64,000 nt of DNA, taken from Vicugna vicugna (Eukaryota). The notes beneath the pieces were generated by a model, which saw only the letters and a list, made by a program, of their open reading frames with translations, did no database searches and was not told the DNA's origin. Positions 1 to 12,439 of the stretch are shown here, in pieces. Each line of letters begins with the position of its first letter. Position 1 is the stretch's first letter. The translations under genes were made by a program, and so were the position numbers. Where the stretch lies: positions 6,424,939-6,488,938 of the forward strand of contig MU058423.1 in NCBI GenBank assembly GCA_013265495.1. Reading direction: 5' to 3'.

Positions 1-344
1 AGAATATCACACTATTTAGGAATAATAGAATCTTTCACTCATTTGGCCAAATCCAAACTAGGTCTCCTATTTGACTTACCATTTCCTTCAAATAAAATAA
101 GCTTGCAGGACTTGTTGACTTTCCTTTTATTCACCTTATAATTACCTAGGTGAAGCTCTCTCATCCTCTCTCACCAAAAAAAGACTTTCTGCCTCCGACC
201 CATCCAATAACCACTGCCAACCTGACTGCTCGGCAAAAAGCAAAATGCAATCTGATAATGTTGCTGTCCTAGTTTAGACAAAAATAAATATATAAATATA
301 TCTTGTAAACTCCAAGATGAAGTTCAAACTTCTGAGAATTGCAT

Positions 345-640
345 GAAACAGACTCACAGATACAGAGAACAAACTAGTGGTTACCACTGGGGAGAGGGAA
401 GGGGGAGGGGCATAAGGGGGGTAGGGGGATGAGAGGTACAAACTATTAAGTATAAACTAAGCTACAATGATATATTGACGACACAGGGAATATAGTCAAT
501 ATTTTTTCATTTTTTAGCCAACATTTTTATAATAATTATAAATGGAGCATAATTTTTAAAACTTGTGAATCATTATATTGAACACTTATAACATATAATA
601 TTGTACAACTATATTTTAATTTAAAAAATAAAATTGAGAA
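345..640 (+). mobile_element. L1 3' end (5'-truncated LINE-1, laurasiatherian-type 3'UTR)
   Basis: gaaacagactcacagatacagagaacaaactagtggttacc..., a G-rich tract, ...acacagggaatatagtcaatattt... and an A-rich tail; typical L1 3'UTR, inserted into an L2 fragment. Confidence 0.85.
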
Positions 641-1734
641 ATTTTTTTAAAAACAACTCTTCATGAACTCATTTCCTGTGACACATTCCATATTCTTGCT
701 ACATGCACCTCATCCTCTAACACAGTGCTTGTCCTGTACACGATTTACATTCTACCTGCCAGTCTCCTCTGATACATCATGCTTTCCTTTGCCTACTTGA
801 CTTCCAGGTTCCAATTTCATTTGCACAGAATATTTTCTAAAACACACACACACACATGTAATAGATTCTTCCTTATCTTTTAAATTATTGTTTAAGACTA
901 AAGACTTCGGTTTTCACTCTAGGTACTCATTCTTTGAGACCAAACTCCATTTGGAGAGGAATTATTTCTCCCACACTTCTACCATATATGATTCTAGTGA
1001 GTGTCCTAATTGTAGCTTTATCCTTCCCGATCCCTGTTGACCTGTTCAGTCCAAGCCATGCCAAATAGTCCATCTTCATGATTTTGTTTATTTGGCTAAA
1101 TAAAGAGATGCAGCTCCTTTTTGATGACTTAGCTATGCTACAGGAGGCATGGCAGCTGCAAGAAGCCAAGTTCCCACAATAAGTCATTCAAAACCTGAAT
1201 CCAACAACAGAGAAAAAGGCTGTAATGTAGTTAGAGCAGGAGTCCCGAAAGTGTTTAGACTCCTAGTTGAGGCCCATGCGTCCCAAGGATATGCGAAATT
1301 TTAAATAAAAGCTACCTTTCTTTAATTTATCTATTTTATTTTTCTTTTACTTATAAGATTGGATTTTTATCCACCACCAATAAGAGTCAATAAGCAATAA
1401 TAAATTGCCCTGATTCTCCCAAGATGAGAAAAGCTTTCCCTAATCTGTGATGTCACACTATGGTGAAGTTTATATGTATCATATAAACTTTATTAGATAA
1501 ATTCATCTACATATGCTAATCAAGAGACTAAAGAGAATTAACATTTAAAATAATGTGGACAATTACACTCAAAGAACCTAGGTCTCAATGTGTGTAGAAG
1601 ATCTGAGTCTCCCTCATTTTCAGTTTCCATATGCCTCTCAGAATAAAAGTATCTTTTTCTGAGAAGTGTGAGTCTTGCTTTTTAATATATGATTCAATTC
1701 TCAATTTCAAAATAGCCTCCAAATATATACAGCA

Positions 1735-2590
1735 TCTGTATCGTGGTGTCTAAATATTCACGAATAAATGGAACTGGAGCTTCTTGGAGAAGTGGTTAAT
1801 TCCAGGACTAGGCAGGAAAAATAATAAGCCTGGTTCCAGAAAATAAGAAAATGCTCAAAGAAGCATAAGGGCTTGTCAAAGGAACACAGGAACCAATCTC
1901 AAGGCACTTCTAACAGTCCAAACTGGAACACCTTGAGCATCAAAATAAATAAGGATAGTACTGAAATTTAACCCACAGACTAAAAGAAATAGTCACACAT
2001 CCATACTTATATAAATAAATACTCAGTTGGGAAATAAGGGATGGTGCTTCTTCATAATAGAACTTTAATTAATAAACGTGGGAGGAAAATGGAAAATCAG
2101 CATTAAGCAAATATCACAGTAATAATAGTATTAGACCAGATCTATTGATGGACGCTAAACCTAGTTGTGCAAACTGGAGGACAAATGAGATTTGCATCAT
2201 ATCAAAGTATCTTTCCCCAAAAATGTATTAATTAAAAATTGGTAGGTAGTAATGCTACAGTAGAGGAAGCCCACAGAAGACACCTTGACCAAGTTACCAG
2301 TGACAACATCCCCAGTAATGACATCATCATCATGAACTCCGTGACACGATGCAGTCAGAAAAGCACAATATCATTCCTAGGGCATATTTACCAAAATAGC
2401 ACAACCACAGTCTAATTTCAGCAAAGTATCAGACAAATACAAATTGAGAGAATTTGAAAAATAACTTACCAGTGCTTCAAAAGTTTCCAAGATCCTGAAA
2501 GACAAGAAAAAGCTGAAGAACTGTTGAAAATTGTAGGAAACTAAGAAGAAATGATAGTTACATTCAATATTGAATCTTGGATAGGAGGGT
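1735..2590 (+). mobile_element. Old L1 (L1MC3/L1MC4-like) 3' region
   Basis: ggaactggagcttcttggagaagtggttaattccaggactaggcaggaaa... and ...gacaaatacaaattgagag... resemble the L1MC 3'UTR consensus. Confidence 0.7.
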
Positions 2591-2809
2591 GGGACCCTAG
2601 AGTGGAGAAATGCGCTTATGAAACCATAGTCATTAAGCTGTTTTTCAGTATTGACAGAAATAGACCAAGGGGGCAGAAAGAGGGCCCACACACCGGCCGA
2701 TGCAGGTATGGAGCTTGGAATAAGCCAGAGTTGGCAGGTCAAATGAGTGAAAACATAAGATGGAAAACCTAATTAACCAGGTGAAAAAAGATGAGAATAT
2801 TTCCCTGCT

Positions 2810-3190
2810 TTATGTAGGTACAGGAATATCCATTCACAATAACACTATTCACAATAGGAAAAACCTAGAATAAACCCACGTGGGTAACAATGGAAAAGAG
2901 GATGAATAAGTTTACGCAAACAATCACACACACACAACACACACAACTATTACAGAGCAGTCACAGTAAATGAACTAGACCCACATAAATGTTGGCATTA
3001 ACAGAGGTGAAAAGAAAGGCCTAAAGAAGACATACTACATGATTTTTAAATAAATGAAAAGAATTAAAATTCAAAAATGTGCTCTAAAGTAATACACATA
3101 GGTGCAATTAAGAATTATACTATAAAATAAATCAATAAAGGAGAAATTGAATATAAGACTCAAAATAGTGGTTACCTCAGACAAACTAGA
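2810..3190 (+). mobile_element. Old L1 (L1ME-like) 3' fragment
   Basis: ttcacaataacactattcacaataggaaaaacctagaa... and aaaatagtggttacctc motifs. Confidence 0.55.
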
Positions 3191-3299
3191 AATTATCTGC
3201 ATAGAACTATATGCCATCCACACCATCCTATTGCCCTGTCTCATTGCTGGACATACCATATTTCATTTGACTGGTCCCTTCTGAATCCCTTTGCCAATT

Positions 3300-4430
3300 T
3301 ATTATCCAATATGCTGCTTGCTAAGCAATATAAAAATATTTTTACTTACTAGGTTCATCAAGCTCATTTGCACTTATTGATATGATTGTTATATTTGGTC
3401 TGTGTTAATAATCTTATTTAGTTTGTATAATCATTTTATTACATAACTTATTTATTTACCCAACCTTTACTTTTATCTTTAGGAGGGTTTTTACTTTTAT
3501 TTAAATATTTATTTTTGCATTAATAACTCTATATAAAGTCAATAATCTTTTGTTCCTCTCATTATGTATTGGTACCCTCCTATGAGCAATAAGGAAATTA
3601 GCTATTAACCAATTACTTCCCCTCCTTTCCCTTATCATCTGATATAAACTAATCAATTTCAGTGTCAATTAATAACTTTAAAGCAATCAAAAGTTTATTT
3701 TAACTTCCATTCAGTTCTTTCCCTTTCTTATTTTTTATGAATATAATCTTTCTATATATCAGAGTATATAAGTTTGTCATAATTTACTCTTTTATAACCA
3801 TTATTATGACCCCTTGTGTCTTTTTAATAATCATTATTTAATCTCAGTTCTGAAGGAAAATTTTTTATGTTCATCACCATTATGCATGCTGATGTTTTTT
3901 CTGTCACTTAGTAATCTGATCTAATTCTTTAAGATTTCTCAGAAAATTTGTTTGGAAATAATATTTCCTTAGGAAGTGATTGTGAAAATACTATGTACTT
4001 GTATATTTATAAAAATATACTTTTCATTTAAAAGGCAGTGGATATAAAGTCATTGGTTCACGTTTTCTGTCCTAGAGTATTAAATGTGTTATTTCATTGT
4101 CCTTTGGCACAAATGTATTATTATTGAAATGTCTAATAATAATTTAATTTTTCTCACTTACAAGTGACTTTTCCTAGAGGCCCAAAGGATATTTTTCTTT
4201 TATTATAATCTAGCAATTTTATCAGAATGTCTGTGTTTACTATTCAATGTACATTTTTTCAGCTACATAGTATGCTCTTTCAATATTTCATTATGGAACT
4301 ATTTTTATGAAAAAAATAAACTTGAAAATTTTCAGAAATTTATTTTAAATGTAAATTTTAATCGCACATTTTGAAATTTAGTAATTTTTCTGTGCTATTT
4401 ATTTTATTTACTTCTTTGAGGACTTCTAAC
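3300..4430 (-). mobile_element. Highly decayed L1 fragment
   Basis: T-rich strand with ggatataaagtcattggttcac...ttcattgtcctttggc, typical of antisense old L1. Confidence 0.45.
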
Positions 4431-4559
4431 AGAGCTAATTTCTGCACTTGTATTTGTAAATCAATATAAGTCAGTCCAACAAGTAATATAAAATACAGGA
4501 TGAATCAAAACAAGGAGGCTCAGAAATTGCCCACCAAATCTTCTTTTCTAACTTTTCTA

Positions 4560-6000
4560 CTAAAGCTTTTTGCAAAACTCCCTAATGACTTTCTCACTCC
4601 AATGTCTAGTGGCTTCTTATTTTCATCTCTGATGAATTTGCTTCTGTTGACTACTTCTTTCTCAGGCTCTGTTTTAATTTGGATCCTTTGATCTTTCCTG
4701 TTTTTCTATGTTTCTCCGTTATTTCTTTATTTATTTATCTTTACTCTCTTTCACTAGCTCTTAAAGGCTTGACTCCTTCGGGTTCAGTCTTGATTCACTT
4801 TTCTTTTTTGTTACACATGTCTTATTGGGACGTCATCTACTCCCAGGTCTTTGGCTGAATTCTAATGAAGGTTTTCTAACTTCTGCTTTATCTCCCAATA
4901 CGTATTTTTAACAGCTTACTGAGTATTGTTCTGAAAATACCTCAAACTAACATGTTCATAATCAATTTCATTATCTTCCTCAAACTCCAAACCTGCTTTT
5001 CTTATTTTATTTGCATCAGAGTATATTTTGCAGTTTTTCTTACTCATCATCCTTTGGCTATACTTCCCCTTTTTTATTCGCATCCAGTGTCTTTCTGCAC
5101 TAAGTGCATTTATGAAATCTACACCACCACTGCCTTTAATTGCAGCTTTTTCAAATTGCCAGACTCCTGACTCGTGTCCCTGCGTTACATGTCTGCTTTC
5201 TCCACACTGCATATTCTCCACAAGATCATCAGAACAGCCCTTTAAAACATATAATTCAGAACCTCATTCCCCTTCTTTAAAACTTGATGGTTTTTCATTG
5301 CATATGGCAGTGACTATCAGTTTATTTTATCTTGTTAGCAATGGTCTTTATCATTTTCTCTGCAATGAATTCCATAGATAAAAAGAGAATTTCTTGGGCC
5401 AAAGCAAGGATGGGAGTGATAGAGAGTGGAGGGCCCAGAGTTTTGCCTACAGAATTTTATTCTCTCCATCCTGGAGCACCTCTGATGTAGCCTAAGAATT
5501 TAAGCAAAAGACCTGAAAACTCCTGGTCAAAAGCCTCAATCTTTTTAGCATGTTGTAGAGGGCGCTTCCTAAACTGGTTCTACCTATCCACTTTTTTACA
5601 GCACCCATACCACTTCTTCTAACTTTGCAGTCCTAACCTACTCACAGCTTGGAATATAGCATGCACCTTCATGACTATTTTATAGTGCATTTCTTCTTTC
5701 TTTTTTCCTTTTCTCTGCTAAATAACTTAAAATTATCCTTGAATATCCCCTCTTCTTGGAAGCCAGCCCTTAAGACAAAACTAAATTTCCTTCTATGCCC
5801 TCATCTCTGACAGCACATTGCATAAACATTTCCTAGAACACTGATCATGCTGTACCGTCATCTGTCTATGTGTGTGTCCCTTTAATAGAATGCAAACTCT
5901 TCAAATAAAGGATCTATGTTTTAGTCTTACTTGGATATTCCCAATGCCTCATATAGCCCCCAGAATTTGGAAGCTATTTTATAAATTTGGGCATTAGAAC
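4560..6000 (+). mobile_element. L2 fragments
   Basis: Pyrimidine-rich L2 motifs (cctcaaactaacatgttc, ccacactgcatattctccacaag) and an L2 3' end near 5880-5990. Confidence 0.6.
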
Positions 6001-6201
6001 TGATGATGAGCGTTACTAAGTATTCATGGTCTAGTACCCTTTACATCGAGTCTAATTTTCTACTTTATTTTGTACTCTCTGACATCCAGCCTCAGTGGTC
6101 ATCTTGCCTGAGAGTCCCCTTCACACTCGCTGTTGTGGCATACTGTATTTTCCTAGATGGCTGCAGCAACAATAGCCTTCATCCCACGTGTCCTTCTGGA
6201 A

Positions 6202-6416
6202 CAGAAGCTGCCAAACTACAGGCTATGAAGCAAATCAGCCTGGATTTATACCACCTCTTCGTTTGTTTGTTTTTTTACTGCCCAGAAGCTAGGAATTTTT
6301 TTAGTATTTTTTAACAATTATAAAATAATGAAGGATACGTAACAGAGATTGTATGTGGCTCGCACAGCCTAAAATACTTACTATTTGCCCTTTTGCAGAG
6401 ACTTTGCCAAACTCTG
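6202..6416. mobile_element. MER58-like hAT-Charlie MITE
   Basis: cag...gccaaactacagg / cctaaaatacttactatttgccctttt...gccaaactctg termini; 8-bp TSD ttctggaa/ttgtagaa. Confidence 0.8.
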
Positions 6417-6552
6417 TTGTAGAAACTTGACACATCCTTCAGGTATGGAATTTAATTCCCTTCTCCTTAAGTTTATGGATTTATGACTTATAACCAACAG
6501 AACGTGATGGGTATGATGCTGTCCGATCCCCAAGGTAAAGTAAGAGAAGACT

Positions 6553-6770
6553 GTGACTGGGAACTATATTCAATGTGTTGTAATGACCTAAAATGGAAAA
6601 GAATATAAAAAGGAATATATATATATACACATATACATATACATACACATATACACATATGTATGTATAAAAAATCACTATGCTGTATACCAGAAATTGA
6701 CACAACATTGTAAGTTGACTACAATAAAAAATTAAATTAAAGAGGTAAATTTATCCATAAAAAAAAGAAA
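6553..6770 (+). mobile_element. Young lineage-specific L1 3' end (camelid/cetartiodactyl type)
   Basis: gggaactatattcaatgtgttgtaatgacc...ctatgctgtataccagaaattgacacaacattgtaagttgacta plus A tail; approximate TSD agagaagact/agaaaagact. Confidence 0.85.
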
Positions 6771-8518
6771 AGACTAAGCATCTCTCACCTTGCCCACTGA
6801 GACACTCATGCTGGAGTCCTGAGGCTGCCACGTGGAAACGGAGCCCAAACTATCCCACGGGAAAGCATCCATGCAGAATCCCTGTGACTGTGTGAGGAGA
6901 GAGAAGTGCCTGACCGGCCCCCACCTACTCCAGCTTAGCTACAGTCACTGCCTGACCGCAACTGCCCGAGAGACTCCAACAAGGGCCGTTCATCTAGGCT
7001 TTCCCCAGATTTCTGATGCATAGAATGGGCATGGTAATAAAATGTTGGGGTGGTTTATTGTGCAGGAGTATGAGCTGTCACAGGTGTGGGCACCTGGAGC
7101 TCAGGTGCTGCCCTAAAAATCCTCAAATGTGGAATGAGCTTTTGGGGCTGGATGGCAGGCGGAAGCTGGAAGGGCCTTGAGGAGGGTGCTGGTCACCTCT
7201 GAGTCCCTGAAGGGCTTCACGGAGGCTCTCGGTGAAAACTCAAAGTAAGAAAGATGATATTGAAAATTGAAGAGAAGGAAATCTGTGTTAAGATGTGGCA
7301 GAAACCTTAGAGGTTCTGTCACCTGCCAGAAAGTAGATACTAGGAAATATCCTCAGTGAATGTGATGATATAACTGAGCACACTTCCAGGCAAAATATTT
7401 GAAAGCTACACCTACAGTTTTCTCACTGCTTCTGACAAAACAAGAGGATAGATATGCGCTAAGGAAAAAATGTTTAATGTAAAAAAGCCAAGATGTACTG
7501 GATTAAAAAATAAAATTATTTCTCATTCTTAGACAATTCTGACAAATGATTCTCATATTTTGAAAGGGCCTTAGGCCAAAGATCAAATCCTGAGTGGGAA
7601 TCTAAGATCCTTTTCTAAGGCCTCAGACATCTATAAGGCTGGGACTCAGAGAGCCTTTCAGACAAACGGCCCTTTAAAGATTATAAGGGGATGATTTACA
7701 GATTCTCTCCAGGAAACTACAGAGCTTCTCAGAATTTTCATGACTTTATCTCACAACAGTTTCATAAGGTTGTGACTTTTATCTTGTGGAGGGAACCACA
7801 ATAAGACTCACAGAATAACTCACAGCACCTTAAGAGAAATATGTTGGTAGAAGTCCTGCCAGCACACTGTACTAAAGACACTGCACTAAAAGTGACACAG
7901 TGCAAAATGAATAAATGCCTTTGAATCTCTGTCATTTTATGAACCTGAAGTAGAATGAGAAGGTGACTCAGTTTCAGACTCAGTTTGTATTGATTTTTGC
8001 TTAAATGTTTGCTATTATGGAAAAAGAAAGGATGAAATAAGATCTTAGGCAGTGGAGCCCGGAGCCCAGAACTCAGAGAACAACACTCAGAGTAGTAATT
8101 ATCCGTAATCAAGAAACTGGTGATATGTGTCCCGTTGGGTTTTAGGATTGACATGGACCAGTGACAGCTGTGAACCCCCTGTTTCCCTTTGTTTTGAGCA
8201 GGAATGTGTATACTGATTGTCTCATGCCTGTCCTATCATTGTATGCTGGGGGTATGAACAGGTCATAGTTTATCTCTTTAGTTCACTGACTTTTAATTTA
8301 AAAAAATGGTACACATGGAACTAATAAACCTCAAGTCTGAGTGTGAGCCTTATCCCATAATACGATGAGAATGTGGGGGACTTGTGGGAGAAGGTGAGAT
8401 ACTTTGCGTACGTGAAGAGGTGATATTTATTGTGGCCAGAGGACAGACAGTGGCATCAGGGGCATATTTTGTTTTTCAAAGACGGACACAAAAATAGCTC
8501 CTGTCCCGCATGTTTTCT

Positions 8519-8836
8519 AATTCTTTTCTTTAGCTTTACTGAGGAATCATTGACATAATTGACAATTTGAAATTGTAATATATTTAATATGCACAACACG
8601 ATCTGATAACATGTACAAATTGTGAAAGGATTCTCACACTCTAGTTAATTAATACATTCATAACCTCACATATTTACCATTTTGTGTATGGCAGGAAGGT
8701 CTACCTAAGCTTTACTTAAGATCTACTAAGTGATGAAGATCTACTTAAGATCTACTTAATGCTTAAGATCTCTTAACCAATCAATTTCAATTATACAAGA
8801 CAGTATTATCAGCTATAGTCACCACACTATGCACAT

Positions 8837-8882
<46 letters not shown>

Positions 8883-8986
8883 CATCAGAATTTATTCATA
8901 TTACAAATAAAAGTTTGCAACCTTTTACCAAACTTTTCCCATTTACTCCAGCCCCCAGACCCTAACAACTACCATTCTACTCTCTG
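8519..8986 (-). mobile_element. L1MA/L1MB-type 3' end inserted in a MaLR LTR
   Basis: Antisense L1 3'UTR (agctttactgagg...aactaccattctactctctg) flanked by a 13-bp TSD ccgcatgttttct/ccacatgttttct. Confidence 0.85.
8837..8880 (+). repeat. (GATA)11 microsatellite
   Basis: Perfect tetranucleotide repeat read directly. Confidence 0.97.
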
Positions 8987-9559
8987 CCACATGTTTTCTG
9001 GAAATTTGAAATTCACTCATCAAGAGGTAGAGTCTATGCACTTGCTCCTCGAAATTGTGTGGGCTCTTGTGACCACACCAAACACTAGAGCACGGTGGAA
9101 GTGATGTCATGCAACTTCCAAGGCTAGATCATAAAAATGCCCTGCAGTTTTGCCTTGTGCCCTTGAAATGTTCACTTTTGGATTACTGCCACCAACAGAG
9201 ATCCTTCTGACCCACAGCCCCAGCTGAGCTGCCAGCGGCCTGTAAGCACCTACCTTCCAACCAGGAGAGGGAGCCATACTGACAGAGCAACTATCCCAGT
9301 TAAAACCTCAGGTGGTGAAGGCAAGCCATACCAGGTAAGCCCTGACCAAACTGTAAGTACATCAATGAAGTAAGTTTTAAGCCACTACATTTTGGAATAT
9401 TTTTTGTTCTTACTTTTGCTTTGTTTTTGTTTTTTGGAAGTAACAATGAAGTCTTTATTCACTCACTGATATAATGTAAACAAGAGGCAAAAATAAATGC
9501 AAGCTCCCCAGTGTACCATCCTTCCCCACAGAACAGCACCAGGGGAGGGTCAGGTATAT

Positions 9560-9659
9560 CAGGCAAACACATTTTATAATTTTATATATATACACATATA
9601 AATAAAAATTATGTATATACATGTGTATGTATATACACATGTCTGTGTGTGTCTGTATA

Positions 9660-9715
<56 letters not shown>

Positions 9716-9830
9716 AAAAGATTTATTTCGAGGAATTGGCTCATGTGATTGTGTAGGGTGGCAGGTCTGAAATTTGTAGGCAGGAGCAGACAGATGCTGC
9801 AGTCCACAGGTGGAATTTCTTCTTGGAGTG
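9560..9830 (-). mobile_element. MLT2-type (ERVL) LTR fragment with compound (TG)n/(TA)n microsatellite at ~9583-9714
   Basis: gatttatttcgaggaattggctcatgtgattgtg...tctgaaatttgtagg is the antisense MLT2 signature. Confidence 0.75.
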
Positions 9831-10589
9831 TTTGTTATAAAGTAATAGATAACTGACAAACTTTTTTTGTTTGTTTGTTTGCTTAGGTTATCCCCTTTGA
9901 TTGGAAAGCACAATCCCCTGGTTTAGCCACCACCACCATCACCCCCTGCTTGTACTCTCCATCTTTTAAACTCCATTACGATCTCCATTTTCTAGCTCAA
10001 GCAGCACCATTCTCGAGTTCCCTAAATCTTCCATTTAGTTTGAAACTATTTCCCTTGACTCCCCAGCAAGTTGTCAAATCTCTTTTCTATTTATGTTTAA
10101 TAATTCTTCAACTTCTACTGAAACGTATAATTCTATTGTCAAATCGTGTATTCTACTCAGACAGAAAGAATTTGATTTAAAATACTTTGTAAGCTTACAT
10201 TAAGAATGGAAAGCGTATCTACCACCTTGCGGCTCAGCCTTGCCGCCTAATATTGTATATTCCACATAGCAAAACATCAATAAGTTTGTTAAATTGAGGA
10301 AAATTTAATTTCAAATAGTTTCAGAAGATATTTTAAATTAATAAAAGTGTGACTTTGCTTATCCAAGTTGAGAGAATGGACTAAGTTGTCTGCTTCAGCT
10401 ACTTAGCTTAGTCTTTGTTTTATGTGAGACCAATTTCTACCATGTGAGAAAACAGCCACTACAGGATAATACATTTTTAGATTACAGAGTTTAGATTTTA
10501 ACAATTCAGTTAAGCATCCATTTTCCATCTGTGCCTTCCTCCACTAAAATATTACCTGCTTGTTGTTTTAAATGTCTTTGTTAAAATCT

Positions 10590-10870
10590 GATGGCTATAA
10601 TACTGAGTAAAGAAAGCCAGACGGAGAAAAAGACAGGCTGTATGATTCCATCTTTACAAAGTTCAAGAACAGACAAAAATAATTTCTGCTATGTTACACA
10701 GGGTGGAGGGTTATCCTTGGGAAAGGGCAGTGACTTAAGGGGATATGAGAGGAACATCTGGGTTGCTGATAATATTCTGTTCTTGATCTGGGTGAGGATT
10801 AATTACAGTGTTGTCCACTTACGAAAATTCACTGTGGTACATTCTCATATGAATCCTATAAACTGTGTTT
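10590..10870 (+). mobile_element. L1ME-like 3' fragment
   Basis: actgagtaaagaaagccagac...tgtatgattccat...ttcttgatctgggtg. Confidence 0.7.
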
Positions 10871-11989
10871 AATATCATCCTTCAGTTTTGAAAACGTCTA
10901 TGTTTAGGCATCAGTTATTTGTTGTTATATATTAATGTTCAGTGAAAAATGCCTCAGTATCAAGATGTTGCAGAAATTAAAGAATATAAGAAGGTTAGAA
11001 AGAGAAGGGACATAAAAGATTATGCAATGCAACCACAATTTCATATAAATGAAGCATCTGACGTCCCAAGATGATATCACATACAGAGTCATGGTGCTAG
11101 TTAGGAGCCGAATTAAGTGGTTTTATGACTCCTTGTTTAGCATTCTGTTTACAGTACCTAGTATAAAAGTCATGTAATAAAAGCATGCTTCTTGCTCTTG
11201 AATATATTGCATTATAAAATAATTTATAAAAATTGATGTTTATCACATCTTTAGGTTCTGAATGTACTTATAACTTATATTTATGTTCTAGTTCTTATTA
11301 AAAAAAAGATTCCCTGGGTCTGTTTTATTCACTGCTGACTGAGCAAGTTTCTGACAGCTTTGACCTCAGAAGACCCTTCTGATCTTACAGACCTTGTAAG
11401 TATCTGTACTTAAAATATCCTCTAACTCTGCTAAAAAGTCATAGTCTCTGGGCTGTTTGCCATTAAAGAGGTGGAAAACCTTAGATTTCAGCCTGTTCCC
11501 TCTCTGCAGGTATCAGGTCTTTATTAGGTATTTTTCCCAGCACACAAGCCAGGACTTCATCAAACTGCATCCCACTGGGTACAAAAAATGTTCTTGAGTT
11601 TCCAGAGAGAAATATCTCTTGCAATGACACCTCTGTCCTTTTTCTCATTTCTAGGTCACTTTCAACTTACTTTTTACAATACACAGAGATTAATCAGTCA
11701 GCTTCTCTGATGACCATATCCTGTGCATCAGGGCAGCTCCGGCGGGCTTCTGCACTGGGCGTGCTTCTGCCCTGTGCCTGTCTGCTGGCTGCTCACTGCT
11801 CCTTCGGCTGCGTGCCATTCCTTATCAATAAGAGGCTATTTAGCATTGTATGATATTTTTATATTAGAACCTGGTAGTTTAATTTTTCTACCTTTATGAT
11901 TTTGATTTTTTTGACTAAAACTAATATATACCCAGTATAATACATGGGAAATACAGGAAATTATCATAATGACAATATCAAAATAACAA

Positions 11990-12210
11990 AAATGATAGCT
12001 AACATTTATTTACAGCTTACTCTGAAGTACTGTGCTAATTTTTCACATGTATTAATACACATTCGTATTTTACCTAATTCTACAATTCCCCAGTGAGGTA
12101 GACATAGATATGGTCAAAGGAAGACTAATTAAATTGTTTACTTCAAATCATATGGCTAGGAAGTGGCTGAACCAGGAATCGAAACTAGATCTGAATACAA
12201 AGCCGCAAAG
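11990..12210 (-). mobile_element. MIR SINE
   Basis: atagctaacatttatt...gtactgtgcta...ggctaggaagtggc...ggaatcgaaac. Confidence 0.65.
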
Positions 12211-12439
12211 CTCTCTTAAGTCTACTATTTTAAAAATAACCATTGTTTATGTTTTAGTGTTTTTCTGACATGTAGTAAACACATATAGTTCTCAATATTT
12301 TTCTGTATAATTGGAATCATTCTGTACATACAAATTTATACCCTGCTGTTATCATTTAGTATTCTATTATAACAATTTTCTCCTTTTATTAAAGTTTAAA
12401 ATTTATGAAATCAGTATTTTCTGGGTTATACAGTATTAA

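Larger units (their letters stand above)
6134..9450 (+). mobile_element. MaLR provirus remnant (MLT1G/H-like LTR - internal - LTR)
   Basis: 5' LTR begins tgtggcatactgtattttcctagatggc (6134-~7082); MaLR internal ~7083-8448 ends in PPT-like ggccagaggacagac; second LTR ~8449-9450 has a homologous start and end. Confidence 0.75.

Noticed and set aside
388..428. G-quadruplex-forming tract
   Set aside because: Standard feature of L1 3'UTRs, not locus-specific.
1230..1730. Possible hAT-Charlie fragment
   Set aside because: Resemblance too weak to assign by eye.
9455..9913. Longest ORF (152 aa)
   Set aside because: Open only because it runs through (TA)n/(TG)n microsatellite and MLT2 sequence.
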